A stretch of 63,947 nucleotides of DNA, counting the filler, from an uncultured Gemmatimonadota bacterium (GTDB taxonomy: Bacteria > Blakebacterota > Blakebacteria > Blakebacterales > Blakebacteraceae), in assembly GCA_964576115.1 (NCBI GenBank). It is 4 parts of 4 records of this genome, joined end to end, with 100 filler letters (N's around TTAATTAATTAA, not from the genome) between each part and the next. Parts side by side here need not be neighbours in the genome. Positions count along the whole stretch, not along the records: positions 1 to 19,159 come from CAZNUA010000056.1; positions 19,260 to 38,239 come from CAZNUA010000057.1; 2 more parts are not named here. One strand, given 5' to 3'. The translations under genes were made by a program, and so were the position numbers. The notes under the pieces were generated by a model. It had not been told where the DNA came from. It saw only the letters and a program-made list of their open reading frames with translations, and did no database searches. Numbering within the stretch: position 1 is the stretch's first letter; the number at the start of each line of letters is the position of its first letter. Positions 17,988 to 30,779 of this stretch are shown one piece after another.

Positions 17988-18989
17988 ATGATTTTCCCGA
18001 CAGCTATCCTGAGTTCCCGCAGGGGAGGCATACTGGTTCTGTTCCTCTCCGCCGGTGTCGTGATCTCCTGCAGCAGGCGGGACCATCAGGCCAGCAGGAG
18101 TGACCTTTCGGACGCCAGGATCGACATCGTGACATTCGTTTCTCACGATGTACTGGATGCCGTTGTCGAGGGGACGGTGAAGGGGCTGACCGAGACCTGG
18201 GGGGTGATGGAAGAGAACATCCGCCTCTTCAATCCCGAAGGGGATCTCGATGCGATCACGTCATATATCGGGACACTGAACCGCAGGAACACCGACCTGC
18301 TCATCACCGTATCCACTCCGGCCAGCCAGGCAGCTCTCGCCGTCCGCCCGCCGGGGGTGCCGCTCATGTACAGCTTCGTCAGCGATCCTTCCGCTCTCGA
18401 ACCACCGCAGGGTGAAACAGCGCTATCGAACTTCACAGGTATCAGCAACATCATCGATTACGCCGCCGGTTTCGGTCTGCTCCGCGACATCCTGCCGTCG
18501 ATCGGATCGATTGGCGTTCTCTATCATCCATCGGAAGCGAATTCTGTCTACAGCTACAACCGGATCCTCGATCAGGCGGCGAGGCTGATTCCCCCCCTGA
18601 CGGTCACCGCCAGGCCATTCACCGAGGTCGGCGAGATCCGAACGATCGCGCAGTCGATGTCGGGAATCGATCTCTTCTACGTCGGGGGCGACAACGTTCT
18701 GAACGCAAACATCGATCTCCTTCTCACTGTCGCACGGGGGCAGAAGCTGCCGGTTTTCGCATCGGATGAAGGGAGTGTGCGGGCCGGGGCGATCGCCGCG
18801 TACTCCATCGATTATCAGGCCTTCGGTGCCCGGGCGGCGCAACTCGCGGCCAGGATCCTGCGTCAGGGATCCGTAGAGGGGATCGAGCCGGTCCTGTATT
18901 CCGAAGGCAGGTGTGTCATCAATATGACCAGCCTGGCGTCGCTCGGGATCGCGTACGAGGCCGGCCCGGATTGTATCACGTATCGTTGA
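17988..18989 (+). CDS. ABC transporter substrate-binding lipoprotein (ABC_sub_bind, aromatic amino acid type)
   Basis: SHDVLD, DLLITVSTPASQA, FVSDP, IGVLYHPSEANS, LPVFASDEGSVRAGA, SIDYQAFG; lipobox-like VISC; RBS GAGGAGG. Confidence 0.85.
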   Translation: MIFPTAILSSRRGGILVLFLSAGVVISCSRRDHQASRSDLSDARIDIVTFVSHDVLDAVVEGTVKGLTETWGVMEENIRLFNPEGDLDAITSYIGTLNRRNTDLLITVSTPASQAALAVRPPGVPLMYSFVSDPSALEPPQGETALSNFTGISNIIDYAAGFGLLRDILPSIGSIGVLYHPSEANSVYSYNRILDQAARLIPPLTVTARPFTEVGEIRTIAQSMSGIDLFYVGGDNVLNANIDLLLTVARGQKLPVFASDEGSVRAGAIAAYSIDYQAFGARAAQLAARILRQGSVEGIEPVLYSEGRCVINMTSLASLGIAYEAGPDCITYR

Positions 18990-19159
18990 ACGGGGGATCT
19001 CCGCTTTACATCTGGCAATCCGGATTCTTCAACGGCCGCAAGGCCGGTCTCTACTCTCGGACAGAGGCCGGGTTCGCCCTTCTGCCGGTCGCCGCCTGAA
19101 CCGCTCGCCGAAGATCCGGAAGCGGGAAAGCTGCACGGGGACCGGCACGTAGCAGAGCA

Positions 19160-19259
19160 NNNNNNNNNNNNNNNNNNNNNNNNNNNNNNNNNNNNNNNNN
19201 NNNTTAATTAATTAANNNNNNNNNNNNNNNNNNNNNNNNNNNNNNNNNNNNNNNNNNNN
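19160..19259. other. Artificial contig linker (N44-TTAATTAATTAA-N44)
   Basis: 100 bp, stops in all six frames, identical at three positions. Confidence 0.98.
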
Positions 19260-19621
19260 AATCCGGGACGCCGGGCCAGGGAGCGGATCGAGTGCCGCAA
19301 ATCATTGCCGAGATCGGCCAGAGGTGTCTGCTTCGGTTCGGTCCGCGGCCCGGCCGGAGGACAGTTGTCAAACCAACGATCCACCTCGGTCCGGCTCGAG
19401 CGCTGTTCGGAGCGGATCAGATCGAGGGCGGCCGAATCCAGATCGCCCAGCTGGCGGCGGACAAAATCTTCAGCTTCAGCCTGTGATGCGCCGCAGCGCA
19501 GAGCCTCGGAATACAGGTCTTCGAGATGATCGGTTACTTCGCTGACAATCCGATCGTCCTTGAGCCCCTCGAGCTCGGGCAGGGGCAGATTCTCTCTGAT
19601 GAACTCTTCCCAGTCACGCAT
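19260..19621 (-). CDS. 5' part of ADOP-type permease with N-terminal helical domain, truncated by contig end
   Basis: EVTDHLEDLYSEALRCGASQAEAE, NDLRHSIRSLARRPG; start overlaps padR stop. Confidence 0.85.
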
Positions 19622-19946
19622 GGCTCTCTCCCATCACATCTCTGACCGCTCCGGTGAAGGCTTCCCATTCCTGCTGCTGACGGGCCAGTACTTTTTCGCC
19701 TTCGGCTGTCAGGCGGTAGTAGCAGCGGCGTCGTTCTCCCTTCTTCTCGACCCAGCGGCCCTTGATCCAGCCCTTGTGTTCCATGCGGTAGAGGACCGAA
19801 TACAGACTCGAGACGAGGAACTCGAGCTGGCCGCCTGACCGGCTCTCGATCAGTTTGCCGATCTCGTAGCCGTGGCGGGATTGGTCTTCGAGGGTGGCCA
19901 GGATCAGCATTTCCATGCTGCCCCGTTTCAGTTCCGGCCTGAACAT
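19614..19946 (-). CDS. PadR family transcriptional regulator
   Basis: LKRGSMEMLILATLE..RHGYEIGKLI...SLYSVL...RRRCYYRLT; close paralog of 15906-16238. Confidence 0.92.
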   Translation of the reverse strand: MFRPELKRGSMEMLILATLEDQSRHGYEIGKLIESRSGGQLEFLVSSLYSVLYRMEHKGWIKGRWVEKKGERRRCYYRLTAEGEKVLARQQQEWEAFTGAVRDVMGESHA

Positions 19947-20009
19947 CTTTATTCTCCGTGTCTGGATTACTAGTCGCTGCCACCGTGAGCCGCGGGTGTC
20001 ACTCCGTTG

Positions 20010-20058
20010 TACTTCGCGCCACGATACTCCGTGGCATGATAGTACGTAGCATGGAGTA
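20010..20058. promoter_or_regulatory. Three overlapping candidate PadR boxes with 15-bp period
   Basis: TACTTCGCGCCACGA / TACTCCGTGGCATGA / TAGTACGTAGCATGG starting at 20010, 20025, 20040, upstream of padR 19946. Confidence 0.45.
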
Positions 20059-20104
20059 ATACGATGCGTGGGAGGAAAAAGTTGGCGGTGAAATAATGCG
20101 GATG

Positions 20105-20141
20105 AAAAAACAGCCCCCGGAGGTGCCGGTTCCGGGAGCTG
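20105..20141 (-). terminator. Rho-independent terminator after ADOP 20173-22917
   Basis: Minus strand CAGCTCCCGGA-N9-TCCGGGGGCTG (11-bp stem, one G-U) followed by TTTTTT. Confidence 0.8.
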
Positions 20142-20172
20142 CGGTGAGAAAGCCGCGGCGTTGCCTCTCTGC

Positions 20173-22917
20173 CTATTCGGTGCGCAGACAGTTCACCGGA
20201 TCGAGCCGCGCGGCCTGTATCGCAGGTAGCAGGGTGGAGAGAGTGGCAACCGCAAGGATCAGAACAGTCACGATTCCCATCGTGAAAGGGTCGAGAGGGT
20301 CGACGGAGTACAGCAGGCTTCTGATCGAATCGCCGAAGAGGAGCGCGGCCAGGACGCCCGCAACGAGTCCCGTGACGGTACCGAGCGCCGCTAGAATCAG
20401 GCCCTGTCTGAGCAACAGTCCCGTGACAGAACTCCCCGTGGCACCGCAGGCCATCCGTACCCCGACCTCCCGGGTTCGCTCTCCGACGACCTGCGACATG
20501 ACACCGTAGATCCCGAGCGAGGCCAGGATAATGGCGAAGAGAGCGAAGATGACGAGCAGGAGCATGATCGTGCGTTGATCTCCGATCGAAGCGGCGATCA
20601 GATCTTCGATGGTGGCGATGTTTGCGATCGGCAGCTCGGAATCGATCTCGAGGACGGCTGCCCGTACGGCCGACACCAGTGCCAGAGGTTCACCTGTGGT
20701 TCGCAGGATCAGATTTCCGCCTCCCCGGGGTGATTGACGGTTGCAGAAATAAAACTGGATCCTGATGTCTTCGAGCAGGGTCTGCTGCAGGGCGTGTCCG
20801 AGGACCCCGACAATGGTGAACCAGGTCCCGTTCGGGTCATCGGGATTGCCCGGATCGCCCCATCCGATCCGCTTGCCCAGCGGATCCTCGCCGGGCCAGA
20901 AGCGATCAGCGAACTCTTCGTCGACGATGGCGACCGGCCGGGTGTCGGGTCCGTCGGAGAGCTCGAAGGAGCGACCCCGCAGCAGAGGCAATCCCAGGGT
21001 CTGTTCGAAACCCGGACCGCCGAGCCTGATGTCGCCCCACGGTTGGGGATGGTCGTCATCGGGGAAGTACCCTTCTACCGACAGAACGGTCGTACCCCAA
21101 TTGCCGCTGAAGGGAACGTGCGAGACCATGGCGGCACTCTGAACCCCGGGCAGGGTTCCGAGACGGGCCTCGACCTCATCCCAGAAGGCTATCTGGCTGG
21201 CGGGTTCGGAGTATTGCGAGGCGGGCAGGTTGATGTTGAGACTCAGAAGGTTGCGGGGGTCGAAGCCGGTCTCGATCCGTTGTAGCCCGTGGATGGTACG
21301 CACCAGCAGGCCCGCTCCGGTCAACACGAGCAGGGCCATGGCGAATTCCGCGGCGACCAGAACACTGCGCAGTCGGGCTCCGCTCCGGTCGGCCTGACCG
21401 CTCTGCCCGCCTTCTCTCAGAACGCCCTGGATATCTGTCCGGGAGACCTGAACAGCCGGTGCGAGACCAAAGACTACGCCTGTCACGAGTGTGATCAGCA
21501 GCGTGAAGAGGATGACGGTCGCGTCGATCCCGATCCCGAGGATCCCGAATTCGGCCGGACCGAAGGCCACGATCGCTTTGAGACCCCACCAGGCGAAGAC
21601 AAGTCCCGCCAGGCTGCCGAGTCCGGCCAGAACCGCGCTTTCAGCCAGGAGCATCCCGATGAGCGTGCTCCGACCGGCTCCGATCGCCCGGCGCACGGCG
21701 ATTTCCTTGCGGCGGCGGATCGAGCGAGCCAGAAGCATATTGGCGATGTTGGCACAGGTCAGCAGCAGGACGAGGGCCACGGCAGCACCGAGCAGCAGGA
21801 AGGGGGAGCGATACCCCGACCGGGCCCGTTCGATGAGGGGAGTGACCGGCAGGCTCCAGTCCTCGGGTGTGAACGGGGCTCCCTCTTCACGCAGGACGGC
21901 AGCCTTGGCGTCCATCTCGGCCTGAGCTGCCTCGAGGGTCACATCCTCGGCCAGCCGTGCCACGGGAGTGAGCCATTCCTGAATGATACTGGTATTGGCG
22001 AGTTGATCGGGAGTCAGGGCCAGCGGGGACCAGAGCACGCGAAAGGGGCTGAAGTAGTCCCGGAAGCCCTGCGGCATGACCCCGACGATATCATATGACT
22101 GACCGTTGAGCTGGATCGTCTGCCCGATCACCCCCGGATCGGCCCCGAAGCGGCTCTTCCAGAACCCGTCACTGAGGATGACCACGTTCGAGGCACCGGC
22201 CACATCCTCCTCGGGAGTGAAGGTTCGGCCCAGAGACGGAGCGACGCCGAACACATCGAAATAGTCCCAGGTGACACGCCCCCCGGTGAGGCGCTCGGGA
22301 GGCCCGAGGCCGGTCAGGTTGGGAGCCCAGCCGGTCGTGACCGCCACCCGCTCGAGACTCTCGATGGTATCCCGGTACTCGAGAAAGCCGCGGACCGAAA
22401 TATTCGACATGAGGTCTTCCGGCGGATAGTAGTGGTTGATCGTCACGAGCCGGTCGGATTCGGGGTAGGGCAGGGGCCGGATGAGAATCGCGTTCACCAG
22501 GCCGAAGATCGAGATGTTGGCTCCGATCCCCAGCGCCAGGATGAGCACCACCAGGGCCGAGAAGCCCGGGTTTCGCCGGAGCTGCCTGAGAGCGTAGTGC
22601 AGGTACTGACCGAACTGGTCCACGACATGACCCTTTCTCTCGGGTGAGGCACCCGCCGGTGTCCGGCGGCGGTATCGTTCGGCATCGAGGACCACATCGA
22701 CCTCACGGGTTTTGCCGTGCCGGATGGCGTCCAGGCCGTATCTCGTCAGGAGCGAGAACGCAGCTCGCCAGAGCCAGAGAGTGGCGTGCAGGCGCCCGTA
22801 CCGGGGCAGGATGTGTTCGAAATACTGTTCCTCCAGATCGCCGACGAGGAATTCGCGCTCGTGTCCCGGCAGGGTCAGTTTCAAAAGGCTCAGGGCGATA
22901 CCGGCCGGCGGGCTCAC
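20173..22917 (-). CDS. ADOP-type duplicated ABC permease with N-terminal extension
   Basis: PPAGIALSLLKL..REFLVGDLEE N-domain; YALRQLRRNPGF; PLPYPESDRL; REVGVRMACGA; LDPVNCLRTE; GTGA overlap with padR. Confidence 0.92.
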   Translation of the reverse strand: MSPPAGIALSLLKLTLPGHEREFLVGDLEEQYFEHILPRYGRLHATLWLWRAAFSLLTRYGLDAIRHGKTREVDVVLDAERYRRRTPAGASPERKGHVVDQFGQYLHYALRQLRRNPGFSALVVLILALGIGANISIFGLVNAILIRPLPYPESDRLVTINHYYPPEDLMSNISVRGFLEYRDTIESLERVAVTTGWAPNLTGLGPPERLTGGRVTWDYFDVFGVAPSLGRTFTPEEDVAGASNVVILSDGFWKSRFGADPGVIGQTIQLNGQSYDIVGVMPQGFRDYFSPFRVLWSPLALTPDQLANTSIIQEWLTPVARLAEDVTLEAAQAEMDAKAAVLREEGAPFTPEDWSLPVTPLIERARSGYRSPFLLLGAAVALVLLLTCANIANMLLARSIRRRKEIAVRRAIGAGRSTLIGMLLAESAVLAGLGSLAGLVFAWWGLKAIVAFGPAEFGILGIGIDATVILFTLLITLVTGVVFGLAPAVQVSRTDIQGVLREGGQSGQADRSGARLRSVLVAAEFAMALLVLTGAGLLVRTIHGLQRIETGFDPRNLLSLNINLPASQYSEPASQIAFWDEVEARLGTLPGVQSAAMVSHVPFSGNWGTTVLSVEGYFPDDDHPQPWGDIRLGGPGFEQTLGLPLLRGRSFELSDGPDTRPVAIVDEEFADRFWPGEDPLGKRIGWGDPGNPDDPNGTWFTIVGVLGHALQQTLLEDIRIQFYFCNRQSPRGGGNLILRTTGEPLALVSAVRAAVLEIDSELPIANIATIEDLIAASIGDQRTIMLLLVIFALFAIILASLGIYGVMSQVVGERTREVGVRMACGATGSSVTGLLLRQGLILAALGTVTGLVAGVLAALLFGDSIRSLLYSVDPLDPFTMGIVTVLILAVATLSTLLPAIQAARLDPVNCLRTE

Positions 22918-23249
22918 GACACTTCTCCCAGCACCTGTTCGAGTCCGGCCGACAGACGCCGGACCGCACCAAGGGCTGTTTGTACCGCTTCCAATCCCTC
23001 GGGCTCCACGCGGTAGAAACGGCGCGGCCGTCCTCCGCGCATGGCCCGCGAATCACCCCGGCGCGAATGCAGATACCCTTTCTCTTCGAGCCGGTTCAAA
23101 GTGGTATAGACCGCTCCGCTCGAAACCGCACGCCCGGTGCGTTCCTCGATCTCGCGGGTGATAGTGACGGCATAGGCGTTCTCACCAAGCCGCAGAATTG
23201 CGAGAACGATCAATTGCTCGAATTCACCCAGAGGTGTGGCGTGGCCCAT
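22914..23249 (-). CDS. PadR family transcriptional regulator
   Basis: LGEFEQLIVLAILRL..AYAVTI...GAVYTTLNRLEEKG...RGGRPRRFY. Confidence 0.92.
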   Translation of the reverse strand: MGHATPLGEFEQLIVLAILRLGENAYAVTITREIEERTGRAVSSGAVYTTLNRLEEKGYLHSRRGDSRAMRGGRPRRFYRVEPEGLEAVQTALGAVRRLSAGLEQVLGEVS

Positions 23250-23261
23250 GTCTCCCCCTTT

Positions 23262-23334
23262 TTCCCTACAATGTCTGCCCGTTCATACGAAGTACGTCGG
23301 AGTGAAGTTTCAAAATTCCCTGCATTGTCGGGAA
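23262..23334. promoter_or_regulatory. Two related candidate operator sites upstream of padR 23249
   Basis: TTCCCTACAATGTC (23262-23275) and palindromic TTCCCTGCATTGTCGGGAA (23316-23334). Confidence 0.5.
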
Positions 23335-23423
23335 AGGGTGAAGTTGGGAGTGAATCCGGACCCGCGGGATAGTAGACTCCCTGCGGTTCAATGTCGCAGC
23401 CGCTGTACCGGGAGGAAGAATTC

Positions 23424-25328
23424 ATGAGCGATACCGTGCCGGTCGTCGAGCAGCCCTTTGCCGGCGCCGAAGAGATCTACCGTACCGTTGTTGAAAACAC
23501 CTCCGACGGTATCGTCCTGGTCCAGGACGGCCGGATCGTCTTCGCCAACCGACGGGTCGGCGAGATCCTGGGCGTTCCGGCCGAAGCTCTGCAGGGCCGG
23601 GATTTCATCGGCTTCATCGCCCCCGGAGACCGGACCGAATTGCTCGACAAGCATACCCGGCTGCTCTCCGGCGACGATCCCGGCCGGGTGCATGAGATCG
23701 GGTACCTGCGTGAGGGAGAGAGGACCGGTTCGGCACTCATGAGTGTGACTCCGGTCGAGTGGGCAGGGCGTCCGGCCATTGTGGCGATCTTCACCGATTA
23801 TACGGCCCGCAAAGCGGCCGAGGATGCCCTGGCGGCCAGCGAGGAGAAATTCCGCAGCCTGGTGACCGACATGCCGGTCGGTGTCTTCGAGACCACTTCC
23901 GACGGGCGTGTTCTGCTCTGGAACCGGCGCTGTGAAGAACTCTCCGGCTATTCCTTCTCACATATGCAGACCATCCGCATGGAAGAGATCTACAACGATC
24001 CCGCCGAACGGGAAGACTTTGTCCGGACCATGCGTGAAAGGGGGGTAGTGAGGGATTATGAAATCACCATCAGGAATGCTCACGATCGCCTGCGTACGGT
24101 TCTGGTCTCGGCTCACATCGGAGAACGTGAAGGAGAGAATGTCATCCGTGGTTCCTTCGAAGATGTGACCGAGCGCAAGCAGCTCGAAGAACAGCTGCGC
24201 CAGTCGCAGAAGATGGAAGCAGTCGGACGGTTGGCAGGGGGAGTAGCCCACGATTTCAACAATCTGCTCACGGTCATCATCGGCAATGTGCAGATGGCGG
24301 TCATGGACCCTGAACTGTCGACTAAATTGCGGAATCGGTTCGATAGTATCCGGAAGGCGGGGGATCAGGCCCGGCTCCTGACCGACCAGTTGCTGGCCTT
24401 CAGCCGCAAGCAGATGATCCAGCCCCGCATCGTGAACATCAACGAACTGATCCGTGAATCCGAAAACCTGCTCACCCAGGCTCTGGGCGAGGATGTGATC
24501 CTGGATATGCATCTGAGCGCCGAGGAATGTCACGTGCGCTTCGACGCCGGACAGTTCGGCCAGGTTCTGATGAATCTGGCGGTCAATGCCCGGGATGCGA
24601 TGCCGAATGGCGGGAGCATTACGATCGCGACCTCTCTGGTCAGCCTGGACGAATACTATGCCGCCTCGCATCCCGATTTCCGCGTTGGCGAGTATGTTCA
24701 GATATACCTGTCAGACACTGGACACGGTATGGACGATCAGACCCGCCAGCTGATCTTCGAACCCTTCTTCACCACCAAAGGGGAGGGGGGGACCGGGCTG
24801 GGTCTCTCGACCGTCTATGGCATCCTGAGGCAGAATGGCGGTGATATTTCGGTTGTGAGCGAACCGGGAGCGGGAAGTACCTTCACACTCTACATCCCCC
24901 GGGTCAGCGATCCGACCGAGGTGGTCGACGACGAGGCCGAGTCGGAGTTTCTCAAAGGGACCGAGCGCGTCCTGCTGGTCGAAGACGATAATCTGGTCCG
25001 TCGGCTGGCCGAGGAAATCCTGCATCGGGCGGGATATACGGTCACCAGCTTTGAATCGGCTCCGGAGGCGGTCGCCTGGGGTCGGGAGAACCTCAATGCG
25101 ATCGATCTGCTGATCACCGATGTCGTCATGCCCGAACAGAGCGGGAAAGACGTGGCCGACGTGCTGACCGGTCTGAATCCCGCCCTGCGGGTTCTCTACA
25201 TGAGCGGCTATACCGATGAAGCCATCTCACACCACGGTGTCCTCGAGGAGGGTGTCTCGTTCATCAACAAACCCTTCACCCCTCGCTCGCTGACCGAGAT
25301 CGTCCGGGAGGTCATCGAGGCCGACTGA
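23424..25328 (+). CDS. Hybrid sensor histidine kinase/response regulator with two PAS domains (CckA-like architecture)
   Basis: [21 protein letters not shown] (H-box), [24 protein letters not shown], receiver [21 protein letters not shown] 23424 after GGAGG. Confidence 0.95.
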   Translation: MSDTVPVVEQPFAGAEEIYRTVVENTSDGIVLVQDGRIVFANRRVGEILGVPAEALQGRDFIGFIAPGDRTELLDKHTRLLSGDDPGRVHEIGYLREGERTGSALMSVTPVEWAGRPAIVAIFTDYTARKAAEDALAASEEKFRSLVTDMPVGVFETTSDGRVLLWNRRCEELSGYSFSHMQTIRMEEIYNDPAEREDFVRTMRERGVVRDYEITIRNAHDRLRTVLVSAHIGEREGENVIRGSFEDVTERKQLEEQLRQSQKMEAVGRLAGGVAHDFNNLLTVIIGNVQMAVMDPELSTKLRNRFDSIRKAGDQARLLTDQLLAFSRKQMIQPRIVNINELIRESENLLTQALGEDVILDMHLSAEECHVRFDAGQFGQVLMNLAVNARDAMPNGGSITIATSLVSLDEYYAASHPDFRVGEYVQIYLSDTGHGMDDQTRQLIFEPFFTTKGEGGTGLGLSTVYGILRQNGGDISVVSEPGAGSTFTLYIPRVSDPTEVVDDEAESEFLKGTERVLLVEDDNLVRRLAEEILHRAGYTVTSFESAPEAVAWGRENLNAIDLLITDVVMPEQSGKDVADVLTGLNPALRVLYMSGYTDEAISHHGVLEEGVSFINKPFTPRSLTEIVREVIEAD

Positions 25329-25400
25329 GATAGTGCCGGAGACGCAGCGCAGACCGCTGCCGGTGGATTGCTCCGACAGGTTACCGGGACCGGTCGTGCT

Positions 25401-27815
25401 CTACTCCACCTGCAGAGCCCTGACCGGATCGACTTTGGCTGCCCGCCAGCTCGGCAGCAGACAGGCGGCCAGGGCGATGACGACCAGGAACAGGCTCACA
25501 CCGACAAAGGTTGTCATGTCACCGACACCGATGTCGTACAGCAGGTCGGTCAGAAGCCGGTTGGTGCCGAGCGCGCCGGCAAGGCCGACCAGAAGGCCGA
25601 TTCCGACCAGCACCATACCCCGCGTCATGATCATGGTGATCACCCGCGAAGCGTTCGCTCCCAGCGCCAGGCGCACGCCGATCTCTCGATAGCGACTGTT
25701 GACGTAGTACGCGAGCACGCCGTAGAGACCGGTGGCCGACAACAAGAGCGCAATCACGGCGAAAACGGCCAGCAGACCGGTGATGATCCGCGTCGTTCCC
25801 AGCGAGTCGGCGATGATCGTCTGCATGGTCATCGGTTCGGCCAGCGGGATGTTGCGGTCGAGCCGGGCGAGCATCTCGCGCAGCGGTCCCACCGCCGCTG
25901 TCGCCGCGCCGGTGGTCCGGATCGCGAGTTTAACGTTGGCGATGGGCGAGAGGGTGAAGGGGAAGTACATCGACCGGTAGGGATTCGAGGATATGTGCGA
26001 AATCCGGGTATTCCCGACGATACCGATGATTTCGAAGTTGACCGTTTCTCCGATATTGACGGCCAGCTGTTTGCCGACCGGATTCTGGTCGGGGAAGATG
26101 GTCTCGGCCAGGCGCTGGTTGATCACGACCAGAGGCCGCCCAGAGGTCATATCGGCGCTCTCGATGCCCCGGCCCGCGATGAGCGGGATCTGCATGGTCT
26201 CGAAATACCCGGGCATGGTCAGGCGGGCATATGCCGTCTGCCATTCGCTCGGGTCCACCGGCGGCTGGTCGGCATCCCAGATGTAGATGTCACCGCCGCT
26301 GTCGCGCAGCGGCAGGCGGTCTATCAGGCCCGCCGACGCCACCCCCGGCAGGGCTCGGGCTTCGGTCACGATCCGATCGAACATCTGATAACGCTGTCCC
26401 GGGTCGGGGTAGGCGTCCTCGGGCAGCTGCAGTTCGGCGGTCAGCAGGTTGCCGGTCGCGAAGCCGGGATCGACTCCGCCCAGCCGGGCGTAACTGCGGA
26501 TCAGCAGGCCGGCACCGATGAGCAGGAGGACCGACAGGGCAACCTGAATCGTGACCAGGGCGTTCCGCAGCCGGGTTGTGCCGCTGGCCTCGGTCGTGCC
26601 CACCCCCGAGCGAAGATGATCGGTGAGGTTGACCGGGGTACCGCGCCAGGCGGGGATGATCCCGAAGATCAGGCCGGTCAGCACCGAGATGGCCAGGGCG
26701 AAGAGGAGCACCCGGGGATCCATTTCCAGACCGGTGATCCCCAGTTCGTGCAGGGGCATGAGGCGGAGCATCACTCCCTGCAGTGAGGCGGCCAGCAGGA
26801 TGCCGGCGATACCGGCCGCGATGGCCATGAGGAAACTCTCGGTCAGCAGCTGGCCGATCAGACGACCGCGCGCCGCGCCCAGTGAGGCCCGCACCGCCAT
26901 CTCGTTCAGGCGGGTGGTACCGCGGGCCAGCAGCAGGCTGGCCACGTTCCCGCAGGCGATGAGCAGGACCAGAGCCAGGGCCGCGGAGAGCAGGACAATT
27001 CGGGTTTGCCAGCCTTCGGTGATGTACTCGTTCACGGGCGTGAGCAACAGCCCCTTGTTTTCGTTGGTGTCGGGATACTCCGCCGCCAGTCGCTCGCAGA
27101 GCAGGTCGATTTCGGTCTGGGCCTGTTCGATGTCGGATCCCGGGGCCAGGCGGGCCACCACCTGGAAATTGTGCCACTGCCGGCCGTCGGCCCAGGGGCC
27201 GTCGCGCCAGGTCGGACGCCAGATGTCGGCGTCAAACAGGAACCAGAAGTCCTCGGGCATGGCGCCGACGATCGTGTACGGGGTGCCGTCGACGAGCAGG
27301 GTCGAGCCGACCGCCGAAGCGGATCCCCCGAAACGCTGCTGCCAGTACTCGTAGCTGATCATGACCACATTGGTCAGCCCCCCGGCGGTGCCTTCCTCGG
27401 CCGTAAAATGGCGGCCGATGACCGGATCGACCCCCAGGGTGTGAAAGATGTCCCAGGTCACGTAGCAGCCCTCGACCCGGTCGGGTTCGGCCTCGCCGAG
27501 AATGGTGTGCCGGCGGGTGAAGCTGGTGATGGCGGCCAGATGCGTGAAAGACCGGCTCTGTTCCCGGTAATCGTAGAGATCGTACCCGGAGACATTGGGG
27601 CCGATGTTGCCGCTGAAGGTCGAGCGGCCCATGACGATCTCGCCGGGCTCGGCATACGGCAGATCCCGGAACATGATCGCGTTCAAAGTGCTGAACATGG
27701 CCGTATTGGCGCCGATACCCACCGCCAGGGTGAGGATGATGGTCAGCGTGAACCAGGGGCGTTTCTTCATGACGCGCAGGGCGTATCCGAGGTCGTGGCG
27801 CAGGTTCTTGATCAT
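25401..27815 (-). CDS. ADOP-type duplicated ABC permease, no N-terminal extension
   Basis: Starts MIKNLRHDLGYALR; GIGANTAMFS; REIGVRLALGA; VDPVRALQVE. Confidence 0.92.
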   Translation of the reverse strand: MIKNLRHDLGYALRVMKKRPWFTLTIILTLAVGIGANTAMFSTLNAIMFRDLPYAEPGEIVMGRSTFSGNIGPNVSGYDLYDYREQSRSFTHLAAITSFTRRHTILGEAEPDRVEGCYVTWDIFHTLGVDPVIGRHFTAEEGTAGGLTNVVMISYEYWQQRFGGSASAVGSTLLVDGTPYTIVGAMPEDFWFLFDADIWRPTWRDGPWADGRQWHNFQVVARLAPGSDIEQAQTEIDLLCERLAAEYPDTNENKGLLLTPVNEYITEGWQTRIVLLSAALALVLLIACGNVASLLLARGTTRLNEMAVRASLGAARGRLIGQLLTESFLMAIAAGIAGILLAASLQGVMLRLMPLHELGITGLEMDPRVLLFALAISVLTGLIFGIIPAWRGTPVNLTDHLRSGVGTTEASGTTRLRNALVTIQVALSVLLLIGAGLLIRSYARLGGVDPGFATGNLLTAELQLPEDAYPDPGQRYQMFDRIVTEARALPGVASAGLIDRLPLRDSGGDIYIWDADQPPVDPSEWQTAYARLTMPGYFETMQIPLIAGRGIESADMTSGRPLVVINQRLAETIFPDQNPVGKQLAVNIGETVNFEIIGIVGNTRISHISSNPYRSMYFPFTLSPIANVKLAIRTTGAATAAVGPLREMLARLDRNIPLAEPMTMQTIIADSLGTTRIITGLLAVFAVIALLLSATGLYGVLAYYVNSRYREIGVRLALGANASRVITMIMTRGMVLVGIGLLVGLAGALGTNRLLTDLLYDIGVGDMTTFVGVSLFLVVIALAACLLPSWRAAKVDPVRALQVE

Positions 27816-28177
27816 GATCAGGTTGTCCTCCAGCTTGAATCCCGGTCACCATCATCCGTCATTGGACTGAGAGATGCCGGTGCTCCCCACGCGGGATCAT
27901 ATCGTACGGGTCACAAGGGCGGTACTGTTGATGGCATCTGATACGCAGAAACGCATCCCTCTGTTTAAATAAACCGGGAAACCTGTTGTGCAATAATTTT
28001 ATAAAAGAGTCGTAGTGTGGTTGCGTCATGAGGAAACTTCACAGCCCTCCCAGACGTACCAGAAGATGATCGCGGGCCGGTTCACGTACGGGTTCGCACA
28101 CACATTCCCGGACCTCATCGAGCGGTACCGTGTGGGGGATGCAGGCCGGATCTGTTTGAGAACAGATGGAGTCTGCC

Positions 28178-30628
<2,451 letters not shown>

Positions 30629-30779
30629 GAAGGGAAGCGTGCCCGCCGATCGGGATAGCGGAGATATTCGCGAACGTCGTTGTGAATGTGCGGGATAATC
30701 CGCAACGTTATGTATGATTGTATGGTATATCCGGGTTGTAGAGCCTATCCGGGAGGGCAGTCGGGTACAGGAAAAGAGA

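Noticed and set aside
18990-19159. Possible gene end at the contig edge
   Set aside because: A short open minus-strand frame exists but has no recognisable motif
19204-19215. TTAATTAATTAA repeated three times in the window
   Set aside because: Part of the artificial N-flanked linker, not a biological repeat or att site
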